Shown here: piece after piece, positions 27,356 to 42,000 of the stretch
How positions within the stretch are numbered: the stretch's first letter is position 1
Layout: each line of letters begins with the position of its first letter
Source: Lytechinus pictus
Lineage: Eukaryota
Reading direction: 5' to 3'
Assembly (NCBI RefSeq): GCF_037042905.1
Contig: NC_087246.1
Location: 12,834,001-12,898,000 of the forward strand
DNA length: 64,000 nt
Position numbers and translations under genes: made by a program
The notes under the pieces: generated by a model
The model's input: the letters and a program-made list of their open reading frames with translations, nothing else
What the model was told of the DNA's origin: nothing
The model's database searches: none

Positions 27356-30026
27356 TCATTACAAAACATACTTTATGGCATAATCATCATATATGTACAT
27401 GGCTCTTATTTAAAACGTTAATACATTCAGGGAATGAATGATCAGGCACTGTCTGAGAATGGTTTTAATTTTCAAATGCAGGAAAAATATATTTTTTTTT
27501 ATCTAAAGCACTGACAAATGATAGTTACAATTAAAACTTATTTAAATAAAATCCAAACCCATAAAAGACTCCAACATTCAAATACTTTTGTGTTAACTGT
27601 CAACGATTTATATTTTTATGATTCAATCATTCCCATATTCAAGAGTTGAAAGAAAAAAGAAAGAAATAAATATGTGTATTGTGGTATTGTCAGTGGTGCA
27701 ACCACTGTGGATTGTCTTGAGCAATAAAAACCAAAATAAAACATGCATTTGTATTCTAACAATTAAAACAAAATATAAAATAATTACAAATGTATGCAAA
27801 AAGGCACTGAAGATGACTGACTACCTTTCTGGAAGTTACATCCAAAGTAACAATGAGCATACAGGATAATAATCACAATGTTGTAAGAAATTGTGAAAAC
27901 TCCTTATTTTTTCTTGGTATTAGGAGAGAATTTGGCAAGTTGCTATTTCTAAGACATTTTCTAAGTTTTACAATACACCTCCAAAATCCTATGAAAATAA
28001 TTAAAAAGGTCACAAATTATTCACCCAGTTTTAGGGATGATAAACTTGTTGAAGTTAAATAAACTGATTATAAAAGCCCTATACAGATTGATGGTTATAC
28101 AAGGCTGAAGAAAAAAAGGGTGCTGCTTTAAAAATTGTTAGCATCATAAGACAGACTTTTCATACACAAATGGCAATATTTACTGTATGCAATGTGTCTT
28201 AATTATCTAATGGCTATGGAATAAACAAATAACTAAGGAATCTATGCCACACTCCCAAGAAATGTAATATGTAAGGTTCCACTTATCTTCATTCTAAATT
28301 AAATCTTACATTCAAGTTTGTAAATTGCATTGCACTGCAATGAAAAACACAAGTAGCTTGATAAATACTGTATCAGCATTGCACATGTTGGTTGCACAAC
28401 TATGAAATGTCCACTGAATAAGAGATTCATACCGAAAGAGAAATTTTTCGGTTGAGAGATGGCAAGATTCTTTAATTATTACATCACTAGAGAACATGTT
28501 CTTATGTTAAATCAAATTCTCAATCAGTTTCAATTGGATCAGCTGAAATTGAAAAATGATACACTCGATTTGCAATCAATATACACTCAATTGCAAGAAT
28601 TACACTTGATCAAGCATATCTTTTTCTTGCGCAACTATTGATTAGTCTGCAGGCACAGACCCTGATTGAACCTTTGATCAACAAGTGTGTCTCCATGCAA
28701 AGTCTAGCACATACAAAACTTGCTGTTTCAATTCAGGAGGACTTTCAGTACACAAGGCATATGTAACTCGAGTGAAGGGTTTGCACAGCAGACTAACCAT
28801 TGATTGGTCACTAGAGCCAATGATGTAATGCACCCAATATATCTTTTGTGTTGTATTATTTGAAATATCAAATATATCAAGTTTTTCCTCCAATAATGTC
28901 AATCTTGATTTTATTCTGCAAGAAATGTATGAAATCACTATTACTATAGTTGTGAGTCAGTAAAAACTTTATCACTACAGCTATACAAATTGACATCTTT
29001 CATAAGACATATAATAAATGTAAAATTTATAGCGGGTATGTGACATCAGCGACTTCCTCATTTGAGTACAGGCCAGGATTTGCATATGAATATTTTTTTT
29101 TAATAAGCAAAATTTTAAAACTCTGTAACTTTTTATCTTACATACAAATTTGAAAAAAAAAATCATGGTTACACTTGTTTCATTTTCTTTTCAGGTAATC
29201 AGATCAACTATATGTGGAGGTTGACTTGGCCTTTGATAAAAATTTGCAATACCTACATGATATATAAGGCTTGTATGCAGGGCTTTATCCATAAATGAAT
29301 GGAGCGTGTTTTTGTGATAAATGATATACCAGTACTACAAATTTCCCCTTATGTTTCAACAAAGTGAGATTGAATTTCCTATAACCCCACTCAAATTCCA
29401 ACCACTAATAAGATTTGCATTCACAAACTTCTTAATAACAATCATTTAATCTACAGCAATCACATTTTAAATTCAGCTGAAAGAAATCAATATGACCAAG
29501 AATCCGATTTAGCAATCAAGAACATCATGACTTCATAAGTTAAATGTAACTTACTAACAGCTTTGAAGAAACACACTGGCCAAATTTCAATTAATTCAAT
29601 AGTGGGACATAGAGCTATCACGCAATAATCAGAATAATATAAGTTCCTACTCTCAGTTAGTGAACTAGGGGCAGATCCAAGTGGGTTTATACACCATTCA
29701 ATGGGCCATACTGTTTTGCAAAATGGTAATCAGGCTAAACCCGCCACTGAGTGACTGACCTGGAACTCAAATGATGCAAGTCAACAAAAGAAATAAGTTT
29801 GTGGTTTGGTCAAGATTAGGTGGAAATTTTAGGTCATAGACAGATCTCCTTCTTCTAGATGAGGACTCAAGAAGAAATCTGATGAAAAGATATTACCATA
29901 AAAGTAATGGTTGTATAACTACCCCTCATTGCCTCATTCCAGCACAATATCTGAAGAGGTGGTCGTGTGACTTGGTCACATGAGTTGGTCACCTGATGTT
30001 AGTCACCTGACTAAGGTATGGAGGAA

Positions 30027-30099
30027 TCACCTGGCTGGTTTGGGTTGGTTGCCAAAGAAAGCCCAGACACATATAGCTCCAGAAAACATCAAGGCACTC
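30027..30099 (-). CDS. PNLDC1: PNLDC1 terminal coding exon (SALMFSGAICVWAFFGNQPKPAR*), membrane tail anchor
   Basis: cag acceptor, TGA stop at 30027-30029; hydrophobic stretch followed by a short basic tail. Confidence 0.85.
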
Positions 30100-33000
30100 C
30101 TGGTAATGAGAGAAAAAAAACCCATCAACTTGGCTGCCAAATTATGACATGGTCATGCTAAATTATTATAAATGCAAAATCCCCATAATTTCATGATATT
30201 GAACTACTCTGTTTCTCTTGGAAAGTATATGAATACACAACTTCTTAACTGTCATATGTTACTTATAAACACATTCATGTAAGTGAAAAAATACATTTTT
30301 AGCTAGCTATCAAACTGAAAAAAATTATGGTGAGTTACGTCGCATGGACAACAAAAACTTAATGACTAAGCAAAGCAGTTGGAGGCTGCTTCATTCATGT
30401 TCATCAAATCAATTTTTCCTTTATCTGTATCTGCTTTTTCATTTTTAAATATATGATAATTTTGAAATAGAGATTACATTAAATGACTTACCACAGTCCT
30501 ATCCTAACACGTTTGCTGTGGTGTAAGGGGCTGTACTTGACAACTGAAAGAGTGTCATGTTCTTTGAAAGCTCTCATGATATCTTTGCATCTGTAAATCA
30601 GAAATTGTGGAAAGACAACAATACACAATGGGTGATTTGAAGTTTAGTGTTGGAAGCACAATTCAGGTTGTTTTCTACAATTCTGATCTCTAATGCGACT
30701 TCAGAAAAGTGATTAATTAATTATATCTCAAAACCTGGTGACATTTGTCCTAGGAACAGCTTTCAAGTCTGGAGCTGTGCTGATGCAATCACCAGCATCA
30801 AAGGGGCAGAACCTAATTTGAAATTACCCGATAGGCTCATGTCTTATATCACCTTATTTTAAACAGTCACAATGAGAAATATTATCTGGGAATGTTTCAT
30901 AGGCTTTACAAATGGTTGGAATATGAAATGCTAAAGACAATGGCAGTTGAAATACTTTGATGTAGAATTCTACTTTGCTACATATTGTACAGGCAGAATA
31001 GTAATCATAGAAAAAAGTATGGGAGAGGAGGAAGAGGGGTTAGGGAAGAGAGGGGGAGGAAGAGGGAAGGTGAGGAATAAAGGAAGAAGGGGTGGTATTT
31101 AGTAATAGCAGTAACAGTATAAGTAGATGAGGTACAAGTATTGACAATGATGGTCGAAATAGTAATACTTATGGATTATCTATTCATGAAAACACTATGC
31201 GATATTCTTCATAATCTGAGATACACAATCTCATAAGCCCCAGCAATGATATAGATGGACTTTGAGTGATACATGTATATTAGCAAGAATGGATATATCA
31301 CCAATTCCATACACAGATAACGTTAAATACACTGCGCACCCTCCAAAAGTTGCTACAGCTAATAGAGCATGTCTTCTGTCAATAACCTGAACATCAACTG
31401 AGCTGTAAGAACCAAAGATGTGTGCAAGCTGAAAAAAAGAGAGAAAAAACAACAACTTTAACAAACTTAACTGGCTGTAAATTGATTTTCATTGTTTCAT
31501 TGCTGAATATCAAAATGTACTCAACTACTGAAGGATATGAGCTATTCTTGAACATGAGTAATAAACTTTATCATTAAACTCAATCAACACTGAACTTAAT
31601 CTAAATTAACAATGCAATGGTAATACCAGCTATTTTCAATGTAAATTGGTATTTTTTGTATTGAATTTTCTTTTTTTCCTTCAAGGTCATGTATTGCTAA
31701 GGAAAACAAAATATTGCCCAGTTTCAGAAATGAAAACACATTCAATTTCTGACCACTAACGAACTACAGTGCGTATCAAAAAAAAGTTTACACTTTGAAA
31801 AAGCCCTGGGAATAAAAAAATATACAACATGTGGGTATTTTTTTCACTTATAATCTTGGGTTTGGGTCTCATCTATCCAATGAAAGTAAAAGTTTTGACT
31901 AAATGTTACACTTGAGTGAGCACTGTCCTTTTTTGTAAAGCTTGTAGAAATCTGTTTGCGCAGAAATGCTCATTTTCACGCAGTGTCAAGGGGAAAGGGC
32001 GAAATCAAACTTACCCTGCGAAACATTTCTCATGCGTTTCCCTTGCACTTTTAGTCAATTGAAATAAAACGGATACATTCAAGCATTTTGTAATAATTTT
32101 GCCACCCAAATTGAGATTTTTACATTTAGTAAGCACAATCTTTACCCTTTTTGTGCCAGCTGGATCTGAGGACATAACTGAATCTGAACAAAAGTTTATA
32201 TCAGACATCTCCAGCATTGTTTCACTATGTTTTTATCATTTAAAGTGGGTTTACATTTCATTTTTCATTTAATACTTGTTTCCCCACACTTTTCCCAAAC
32301 TTGACAATGATTAACTAAATGAAAATCAAGCATAAGCCTTTTCATGTAAATCACAGCTCAGTGTAAAGCAAATAACGTCTCGATGGCCTCGTTGTGTGGG
32401 GGAGTGGGGTGGGGCGCAATGCACTCTTCGAAGTCTTTTGGGCAAGGAAACAAGTTTTAAAAGGTAAAAGATATCTTCAAATCAATTTCACTAGCTAAAT
32501 TCCACATGTTCTTCATGATTAAGGTCTACTTTTATTTGCATAACTATTTCAAAGTTCTGCGCAAATCATTTTTCACTAACTTTTCAAAAGTAAGTGGTGC
32601 TCACTCAAGCGGAAATATTTTTCGACAGTTATATCGTCATTTGTTTGAATGGATCTGTACCAATGTTAAAATGTGGAAAAATCTTCAGGATATTACAAAT
32701 GTGTAATTTTACAGGATTTTTTCAAAGTTTTAACTTTTTTTATACGCACTGTATAGGACAATTTCCTAATAAAAACAACTTTTGTGTAAATCTGATACCA
32801 ATTTTATTCCATTCTTACTTCACTAAATAAATCTTTACCTTTTCTCATATGAACTAGAAACAGACAAAAACCATTTCAGGAGCGTACAACATATTTAGAA
32901 TTGGACATAGGCCATAGTTTTATGTGCTAATAAATTACCTTAACCCCATCCAATGACTGAGTTAGTTTCTTAGATGTTACATGAAGCCACTGTGGTCTCC

Positions 33001-36000
33001 TGCTAGGTGGGTCTGACCCTGAGAGATTCTTGAGAAAACAATTTGAAGACAAAAAAATATGTTATGAAACAGAGTATGATTTGAAAGAAAATGTCATGAA
33101 ACCCTACAAAGAACCACTACATCTATCTACTAGATCTATTTCCACCTCTTAATACCAGTCTCATGATTGAGCATTGATAGTCTGAGCCTTTCGTCATGAC
33201 CTCTTGCATTATTGAGTTCATGGTCTAGTTTCCGGTATCAATAAGGTAGAACCCAATCAAAGGCCATCTTCCAAGAAGCAGATATTAACAATGGACAATG
33301 CAGAGCAGGAGAGCCCATTGTTTTGATTGGTCAAAGGATGTAATTACATGCCCCAGTACATGAATATTCCTTTATTACTCCGCTGACAACAAAATTGCCT
33401 CAAATTGTCATAAAATTAGTTCAGGAAGCCATAAAAAGAAGACTATGTGCTTTAAACCAGTTCATATAAGAATGGAAAGGGTTACTGAAATACCAATATG
33501 ACAAATATCTTGAGACTTTTTCACCTGTTCTTTGCCCTGTATAAATCGTTTCATTAAACTGAAACATATCTCTATGGCAAACTGTGTACAAAAGTTAAAG
33601 TCAATAGAGGATATTAACTATATCTCTTTTTTTTTACCATCTTGTCTTTAATTGGCACAGTTTACATTGTTGTTTTCAAAGATTGTTTAAAAATTAATTG
33701 GGATGATCGATCACCTTATCGTGTCATTACATATGCAATATGATGCTGGCCTAGTATCTATTATATCAATTTGTGCTTATTCTCCAGATGGGAATATATA
33801 ATGCATGTTTTATTCTCACTTACAATAATATACAAGTATCATGTACATTGACATAGTATTGTCAAGCCGAGCGAGTTCTGACTATTAACCAGATAAATAA
33901 ACTCACCACATGGTTTACAGCAGCTCTGATGATGTTGACCTTATCCTTGTAATCTTTCAGCTTCCAAATGTATTCTCTGAAGTCAAGAGGTCGACTTGCC
34001 ATGACTCTACAAACAAGACAAGGGTTTGCAAGCAATATCAGGGATATGTTTCATGAAAGAATAACATAAAGCTCAGCAATTGCTTGTAAAGTTGATTTGT
34101 ACGATTGATTATGCATAATGATCAATGTAAGCCATTGTCAAAATCAACCTTATAATCAAGTGCAAAGCTTTGTGATAAGAGGTCAATGCTTTATCACTTA
34201 CAAATCAGGGGGGCGTTTCATGAAAGGACTTGTCGGACGTTTTATCCGACAAGTCCCATTTTATCCGACAGTTACCATAGTAATAGTACCACTCAGCCAA
34301 TCAACATCAGAGAAAGATGTCAGATCTGACAACTTGTCGGATGAAAATGTTGATGAAACACTCCCCAGGTAGGTGTGTCATAAAGCTTTTTACAAGCGAC
34401 TTTACGAATGACTGGTGATCATTTCTTAGGAGCTAAATCAACATCCATGAAAATCTAGTGTACACATATCATTTATCACAAGAAAGGTTTACCAGTCGTT
34501 CTTAAAGTCGCTCGTAATTTACGAACAGCTTTATGAAAGACCCACCTGATGTAAGGAATTAAGTAGCTTACAACAATTACAGGTGAAAAATACTAAGAAA
34601 TTAATTTGTGAGAGGCTCTCCAGATGAAGAGGGGATGATATAAGTGATTATTACCAAAATGCTAAAGCTACATAGACTTGACTTTATGTTAATGGGAAAA
34701 CACACATTTTGATTTCAGTTTCAATTCATTGTTTTATATTCTCCTTACACATGATTTCCGATTTATCAAGGCTCATCACATTCACGGCTTACTATTTAAT
34801 AAATCCAAAGAAAGAAATTGAGACTCGTCTATCCAAATTTATTTCAACTTCGGAATGGCAAATGCGACAATTTGTCATCTACAACAAGGCATACACACTT
34901 ACCAAGCTATATTACAAAAAAGGAGTGAGTTGATTGGTCAAACAGATGATTCATCACTTAAATTAAGAGCATTATTACCTTGTTCTACATAGTGAGGTTT
35001 GAGATGCAGGCTTTCCATAGTTATTATTGATTTGAATCAGTGATTTTCATATGACATATGATAGTCTCCTGATCCACTAGATATGCTGCACTTTGTAATT
35101 GCAGCTGTATGACCCCTGCTGCCCCCTACTTTGAGAAGATGTTTAAATCCATCTTTTATGCAACACTGAAGGGGTAATATGTCTTATTCTTTTCTATCAT
35201 CCGAATTTCATCCATCACTGATATAAAGTTATAGATTTTATATTAGCTTAAATAGAAGACATGAATAATGTGAAATTTGGAGCTTACTTACTTGATATCC
35301 TTGGCAGTAATGTAATGTGCTAGCCTCATAAAAACTACAATTCAAATGGAAAGTGAAATATACATCATAAATTTAGACATAAACACACACATTTACATTG
35401 TTTGGGACAATATCAAAATAAAGTTTTGCTGAGAGTCTTGGCCCAATTGGAATATACATAACATAGAACACTCTAAAATTAACTACAGAGCAAATGAAAT
35501 ATTTCACTAGGGATGTCTGAGAAACAAAAATGATTTGTTATTGATTATTTTAGAATGGGCATACAGATGGACAGCAGGATTGCTGGCGGGAGATCCAAAA
35601 TTGTTTCGCAAAAGTGGCAGAAGTTCAAAAAAAGTTACAAATAAAAACAAGGAAATGGTGGTCCCAAAAAGAAATATGAAAAAACATAAACAACAGCTCT
35701 GAATTTGAATATTTGAATTTTAAAGGAAAAAAAATCAATGAAAGAATGTGAGATCTCTCCCCAATAACATAAAAGAGGTAACCAATCTGTAAGAAAGGGG
35801 ATGGGCAATTAGTCATGCTTATGAAAATCATTTGATTTTCAAATCTGAAGAAACCTGGTAGCCATAATCATAAACAATAGAAAGGGTCTTGATGGGAGAA
35901 ATGATAAGGGTATAATGTTTGTACATGGAAAGTAATGTTTTTACATGTCAGATATAGTGTTCCATGGAGGATAAAAGTTCCACATGGAGAAAATTGTTTC

Positions 36001-39000
36001 ACATGGAGAGTTATAGTTTTGCATCAAGTGCAATATTGTTACATGGAGAGTAACAGTTTTACATGGAGAGGGTTATATTTTCACATTGAGAGTAAATAAA
36101 TACACTAACCATATCCAGCTGCATATGCATCATAACCCGCTTCGTGCAAGACACCACCATCCACTGTAATCACAAAGAGGAGAAAAACTAGAATTATAAT
36201 CAAATGCAGGATTGATATTTGCAACAGTTTGTTAAAACAAAACTTTTGTACACAGAAAATATTGATGACAAAAATCCTATCATTATGAGCACCAGGGATG
36301 CCATTAAGAATTGATAAAAAGATGCAAAATTATCTGCAATTGGCTTTTCATACATGAAACATAGTTTATGTGACTGAAATATATTGAAAAGTAGGTATGC
36401 CCAATCTTGTTAGAGAAAACATCAGATGACTATATTATGAATATGAAATGGAGTATTCAATAAATCTTTTCTACTTGCTACTGTACTAATCATATGTGCC
36501 ATCCCCTAAGCATTATCTGAACAACTTTTACTCAGTCTTTAGTACATCTTTGTAAAACATCCTCCTCACTGATCTACAAATGTTCATATTTACATGCAAT
36601 AAGATTTTGATCATGGAATGAACACAATTCACGTAACGTCTTTAACTTAAGTTAGTGATAGTTTTTACTAATCAGAAGTGATTGACTGCTGCTAGAGATC
36701 AAACAAACAACATAGATACTCTTAAAATCTTACCATATTTGTGAAACCTTTCCCCATGGAAGATATGGGGTGAATGAAGAACAATCAGTGTTCCTTTTTT
36801 CCTGTACCAAAAAAAAAAAAGTTTAGTATGAGAGCATGTAACTTGGATTGTTAATATTACTCATTTCAGTCCACAATATCATGAATATTTATATTATATT
36901 GGATGGCTCAACATGGAATACCAGAAATATTCCAAGAGTTTGGGAAAATATTCCACGAATCGCAGATGAGTGGAATATTGACCCTAACGAGTGAAATATT
37001 TCTGGTATTTCCTGAAATACAGCCATCCAATATAATTATCATCTATACACCCCCCCCCAAAAAAAAAGAGGGAGAATTTTGATTTAACAAGTCATATCAT
37101 TTATCACATTATGGCATCATACCTTTAGGATCATTTTTTACCATTGACATGCGACTTAAATGTAGTTCATTATGACGTCATTGAGCGCAATTGTGATCTA
37201 TGCTGCGCATCGCACTGCTTTCATTGTTGTACATGTTGTATATTTCACGAATTTCGCGCATGCGCACTAGACTGTTGATTATGGTTTCATACTCAACGGC
37301 AAATTTTGTACACGAGCCTATGGGATAATCGTCGGATTTCAGTCATTTTAGTGATGCACTCTGATACTGCACAGGCAATTGATGCGAACCAAAATATGTG
37401 TTTTTATTGTATGGCTAAAATGCTCTATATAGATGATAATATTAAAGATTCATTTATATATATGTTATTTATCACATCAGAATGAGGTATCTAAGCACTT
37501 TAGTACAGATATATATATTATACACAGGCCATTGGATTCTGGCCTGTTGACATGTAATGTATGCATGATCTCCACTCCCTGAAGAGTATTCCAGCAGAAA
37601 AAAAAAAACATGTCTCATAAACCATGATTTAAAAAAAAGTCTGCAAATTATGAAAAGATGGATCTACTTAGGACACATTATCCATGTTCTTATTATGTAC
37701 CAAATTCTGTAATATAGCTTTCCGATGCAGTGATCATTTGACAAAACGATACCATTACTAAATGCTAGACCTCAAGTTTGTTTGCACCTTGAAAAATGTA
37801 TGTAGTCATTTATCAGATTGCATTTAGAAGTAAATAGGCATTGAGGAATGAATATTAGAAATCTGATCCTGTACTCACGATGAAAGGTTTTCAAGCAAGC
37901 AACCTAGACTTGTGTTTTGGACCGGGAGGCCAGCATCAATTAGATTCTGCAGGCAAAGCGAAAATTAGCCTGTTAATTCTTATGAACAGCTCACCACTTG
38001 GGTTGTGATGATATAGCAATCAACCAAATATACATTACTTTTGTTTTTTGCCCTACTGCTACTGCCACCATAACATAGATTAATAAAATACAATAAGGTC
38101 TTCAAAAAAGAAAAGTGCTCTGTTTTTTCTTAAACCCACTGTAAGATCAAGTCATGTGGAATGATGATGATGTTGATGATGAAGATGATTATTATTATTA
38201 TCATCACTATTATTATCATAAGCATAATCATTATTATCATTATTATTATAATTATTATTGTTATAAATTATTAGCTATTTTTTAATTTATTATTTTTTAT
38301 TTTGGGGGAAGGGGGCTCTTTACCTTTCTCATTTCATACGACAGGTACTTTGTGTCAAACACTTTAGGAAACAACTCATGAAGTTGGGCCTTGAATGATG
38401 AATAACTACCTGTAAATAAAGAAAAAATATTTTGAGCCTTGCTATACAGTGCGTCCCAGAAAAAACGAAACCGAGATTTATCGATGATTTATCATAACTT
38501 AATCACAAATACAATAGACAAATGACCTACCAATGTAAAGCTGAGGATCTCCTCTTTCATCTGAAATTACTTAGATTATTCCTCATTCACGCATGATTGA
38601 GCAAAAACAATTTGAAGAAAGGTTACCAAAAACTCATTTGGCGGGGGGTATCTGAATTTCAAAAAGAAAATCACATGACTAAAAAGTTCAATATCTGTTC
38701 TTTTGTTTGATACCTTCATCACAGAAAATGGTCAAGAAGTAAAGAAGTTATGATCCCTCGAAACAATGCTTGTATTACCATAATTTCATTAAATAAACGT
38801 GTTTTCACCGGTTTCCCACAGAAGCTATCGCACGGTAACAAAAGACTCAATGCATGGCTGATCGTCAACAAAACGGAGTGTCGAGTGAGTTTGAACGCTA
38901 GCCTGTAAAACCTCTTCATTTTATGAAATTATTGAAATTCAAGCCTTATTTCAAATAACCAGAACTTTGTTATTTCTTGACCATTTTCTGTAATTGAGGT

Positions 39001-42000
39001 ATCAAATTAAAGAGCAGATATTGAACTTTTTAAAAATGTGATTTTCTTTTTAAAACCCAGATACGGCCCGCCAAGTGACTTTTTGGTATCCCCTTTTCAA
39101 ATTGTTTTTGCTCACTCGTGAGTGAATGAAAAATAATCTAAGTAATTTCAAATGAAAGAGGAGATTCTAAGCTTTAAAATGGTAGGTCATTTGTCTATTT
39201 TATTTTTGATCAAGTTATGATAAATCATCGATAAATCTCGGTTTCGTTTTTTGTGGGACGCACTGTATAATCAGATCTGTAATAGAATGTGCTTAAATCA
39301 CAGGGGTCTATTACTGATTAGAATAGATTCGTTGAACTGAGGGTGTGCTAAATTCATCAAATATTCACAAATCCTGTTACTCATGAAGACTAGAATGTTA
39401 CAGCTCTGGCCATATTTCATAAACCTTGTGACCTATGGCATAGGTACAAGTGACATTTACAAACTGCTGATATAATCTATTGGAGTTGTGCCATTTGATT
39501 GGATAAGAGCAAATTTGTAAAATAACTTTAGCACTGTGAGTCCTTGATGTGTGAGAATGAGTATCGAGAGAAGTTCTTACGTGGTAAAGGTCGGTGGAAC
39601 TTCTCGTAAAACAGCATCAGATCGGTGAGCAGATTGTGACCTATAATGGGCTAAATAGTAAAAAGATACAACTATTAAACAAAAAGAACAACACAACAAA
39701 ACATTTAACGCTACTTCTTAAAACACTCATAAAAAGAATTACCATTGCAAACAGGCCTCAAAACAAAAAGATCTTCACACTATCACTCAATGCAACATTT
39801 ATATTATATTGGATTGCTCAGAATGGAATACCAGAAATATTCCAAGAGTTTGGGCAAATATTCCACGAATCGCAGATTCATGTATTCCTGGTATTCCATG
39901 AAATAAAGCCATCCAATATAATTGTTATCATCTATTTGGTTATGGCATCATCACTTCATTAGGATCAATTTTGTTGTTGACATGCGACTTACATGTAGTT
40001 AATTATGACATCTTTGAGTGTCCTTTTGATCTATGCTGTGCATCGCATTGCTTTCATTGTTGCACGCGTTGTATATTCACGCAATCGCGCGTGCGCAATA
40101 TACTGTTGGTTTCATATTCAACTGCAAATTTTGTACAGGAGCCTGTAGGATATTCGTCAGATTTCGGTCCTTTTAGCGATACGCTCTGGTATTGAACGGG
40201 CAATTGATGGAGACCAAAGTACATGTTTTTAATGTATCACTAAAACACTCTACTGTATATAGATGATAATTCAAAATATCTAATTAAATGGCCTGTTAGC
40301 AATTTAGTTCAGGATTCAAAATAAAAAGGACCTTTCCAGCTGTTGGGTGATACAGGAAACACCCGAGATTTACAGACTAAGCAGTCTCTTATCAAGAATT
40401 TCATATTCTATCCACTGTGTGCTCAAAGGTATGGTGTACTGTAAACCCCAATTATTTGTCACAATTATGGATAATAAAGACTTTCATTTATTACCCCCTC
40501 CCCCTTTCCTGCCTTTATCTTAATTTCTCTTATCTTTGCTTGTTGATTTGTATGTTTACTATATGTATCGTGTAATCTTTTGTGTGTATCATGTGATATT
40601 CTAAATAATTTTGTGCGAAAAAATTGAATTTCCATTTGTACTCGATTGTAATTGGACAATAACATTTTTTAGTATTGTTGATTGTACACTAGGAAAAGAA
40701 AAAATATAACTACCACAGAATTCATCCATCCCCTTTTGAATGCCTCAACCTACCTTTTTACTTTCGACAAGGGCCCTGAAAACTTCTGTAAACCCCAACA
40801 GTTTATCAACGATCCTAACACACACAAAAAATGAAAATCGTAATAGTGTAATCAAATTTTCATGTCATTTATTATTTCAAATCATAATTACAAAAAATAT
40901 AATAAATATAATATGAATACTCTATTTCTATATAGCTAACAATCATTATGATTTTAGACCATGATTACTATACATTATTTTCATATTTAGAATTTAGTTT
41001 GACATCTTATATAACCGACAAAATGAATGGCCTTTCAGCGCATGGTGAATAGGGGTGGAAAAAGGGTATGGTAAAAAGGAACTGTGTCTAACAAACATTT
41101 CTCATAATTGGTATTGTAATCTTGCAAGCTATTTAGATACAGAAAGCATAATTCATGTAAAAAAATTACAAACCAACAGAGCTATTGTGTTGTTATGTGA
41201 GCCCATTATCATGATTATCATCAGCATCATCACTATCACCATCATCATCACCACCATCATCATCAAAACCCTCATCCCCATCATCATCATCATCATCATA
41301 ATCACAATTATCACAAATAATTTAAATTATATCAAACTTTACTACTCAGAAAACAATTTTAATGATAATTAAATGTACTTATCATATGAATAGGATTACA
41401 AATCTTAGTAGAATTTTTGTTCTTTACCTGTTTGCTAATTTGACTTGGTCCTCCTCCAACCTATCCCTATTTTCAGCTGCCATTACTTTCACCTTCAGCT
41501 GAATGAAAACAAGAGAAAAGGAAAAACTTTTGAGTTTCTGAAAGTTTAAATCTTTGTGAAAGTCATTTAACATTTATTTGTTTGACTCACTTTGGATTTG
41601 AACCTTAAACAATTTACCAGATTCATTAATATTAAGAAAAGGCAACTTTTCATAGATTGTATCTTCTTTTGTCTTGTATCTTGCATAGAATACATTACCT
41701 ATAAAAAAAGACAAAGTCATCCTGATAGAAATCAGTGCAAAGTCAGAGTCAAAACATATTTCTTCCGGCATCCCTATGACTTCCTTCTGGTCAGAATCCA
41801 GTATTCCGATAAAAGTGGAATCATGGATTTTTATGAACCTCACAACTAAAATTTAGTATTTTATTTGTATATTGAACAAAAGAGTTCCGAGCCTCAAAGA
41901 ATTATGAAGAAAATTTTATAAAGTATGAAAGTATTGGTCTGTCATATTTCTTCATTTTCTTGTCCAAAGTAAGCATTGTTTATAATATATGAGGAATACC

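Noticed and set aside
41055-41372. Poly-Ile ORF
   Set aside because: (CAT)n microsatellite in an intron.
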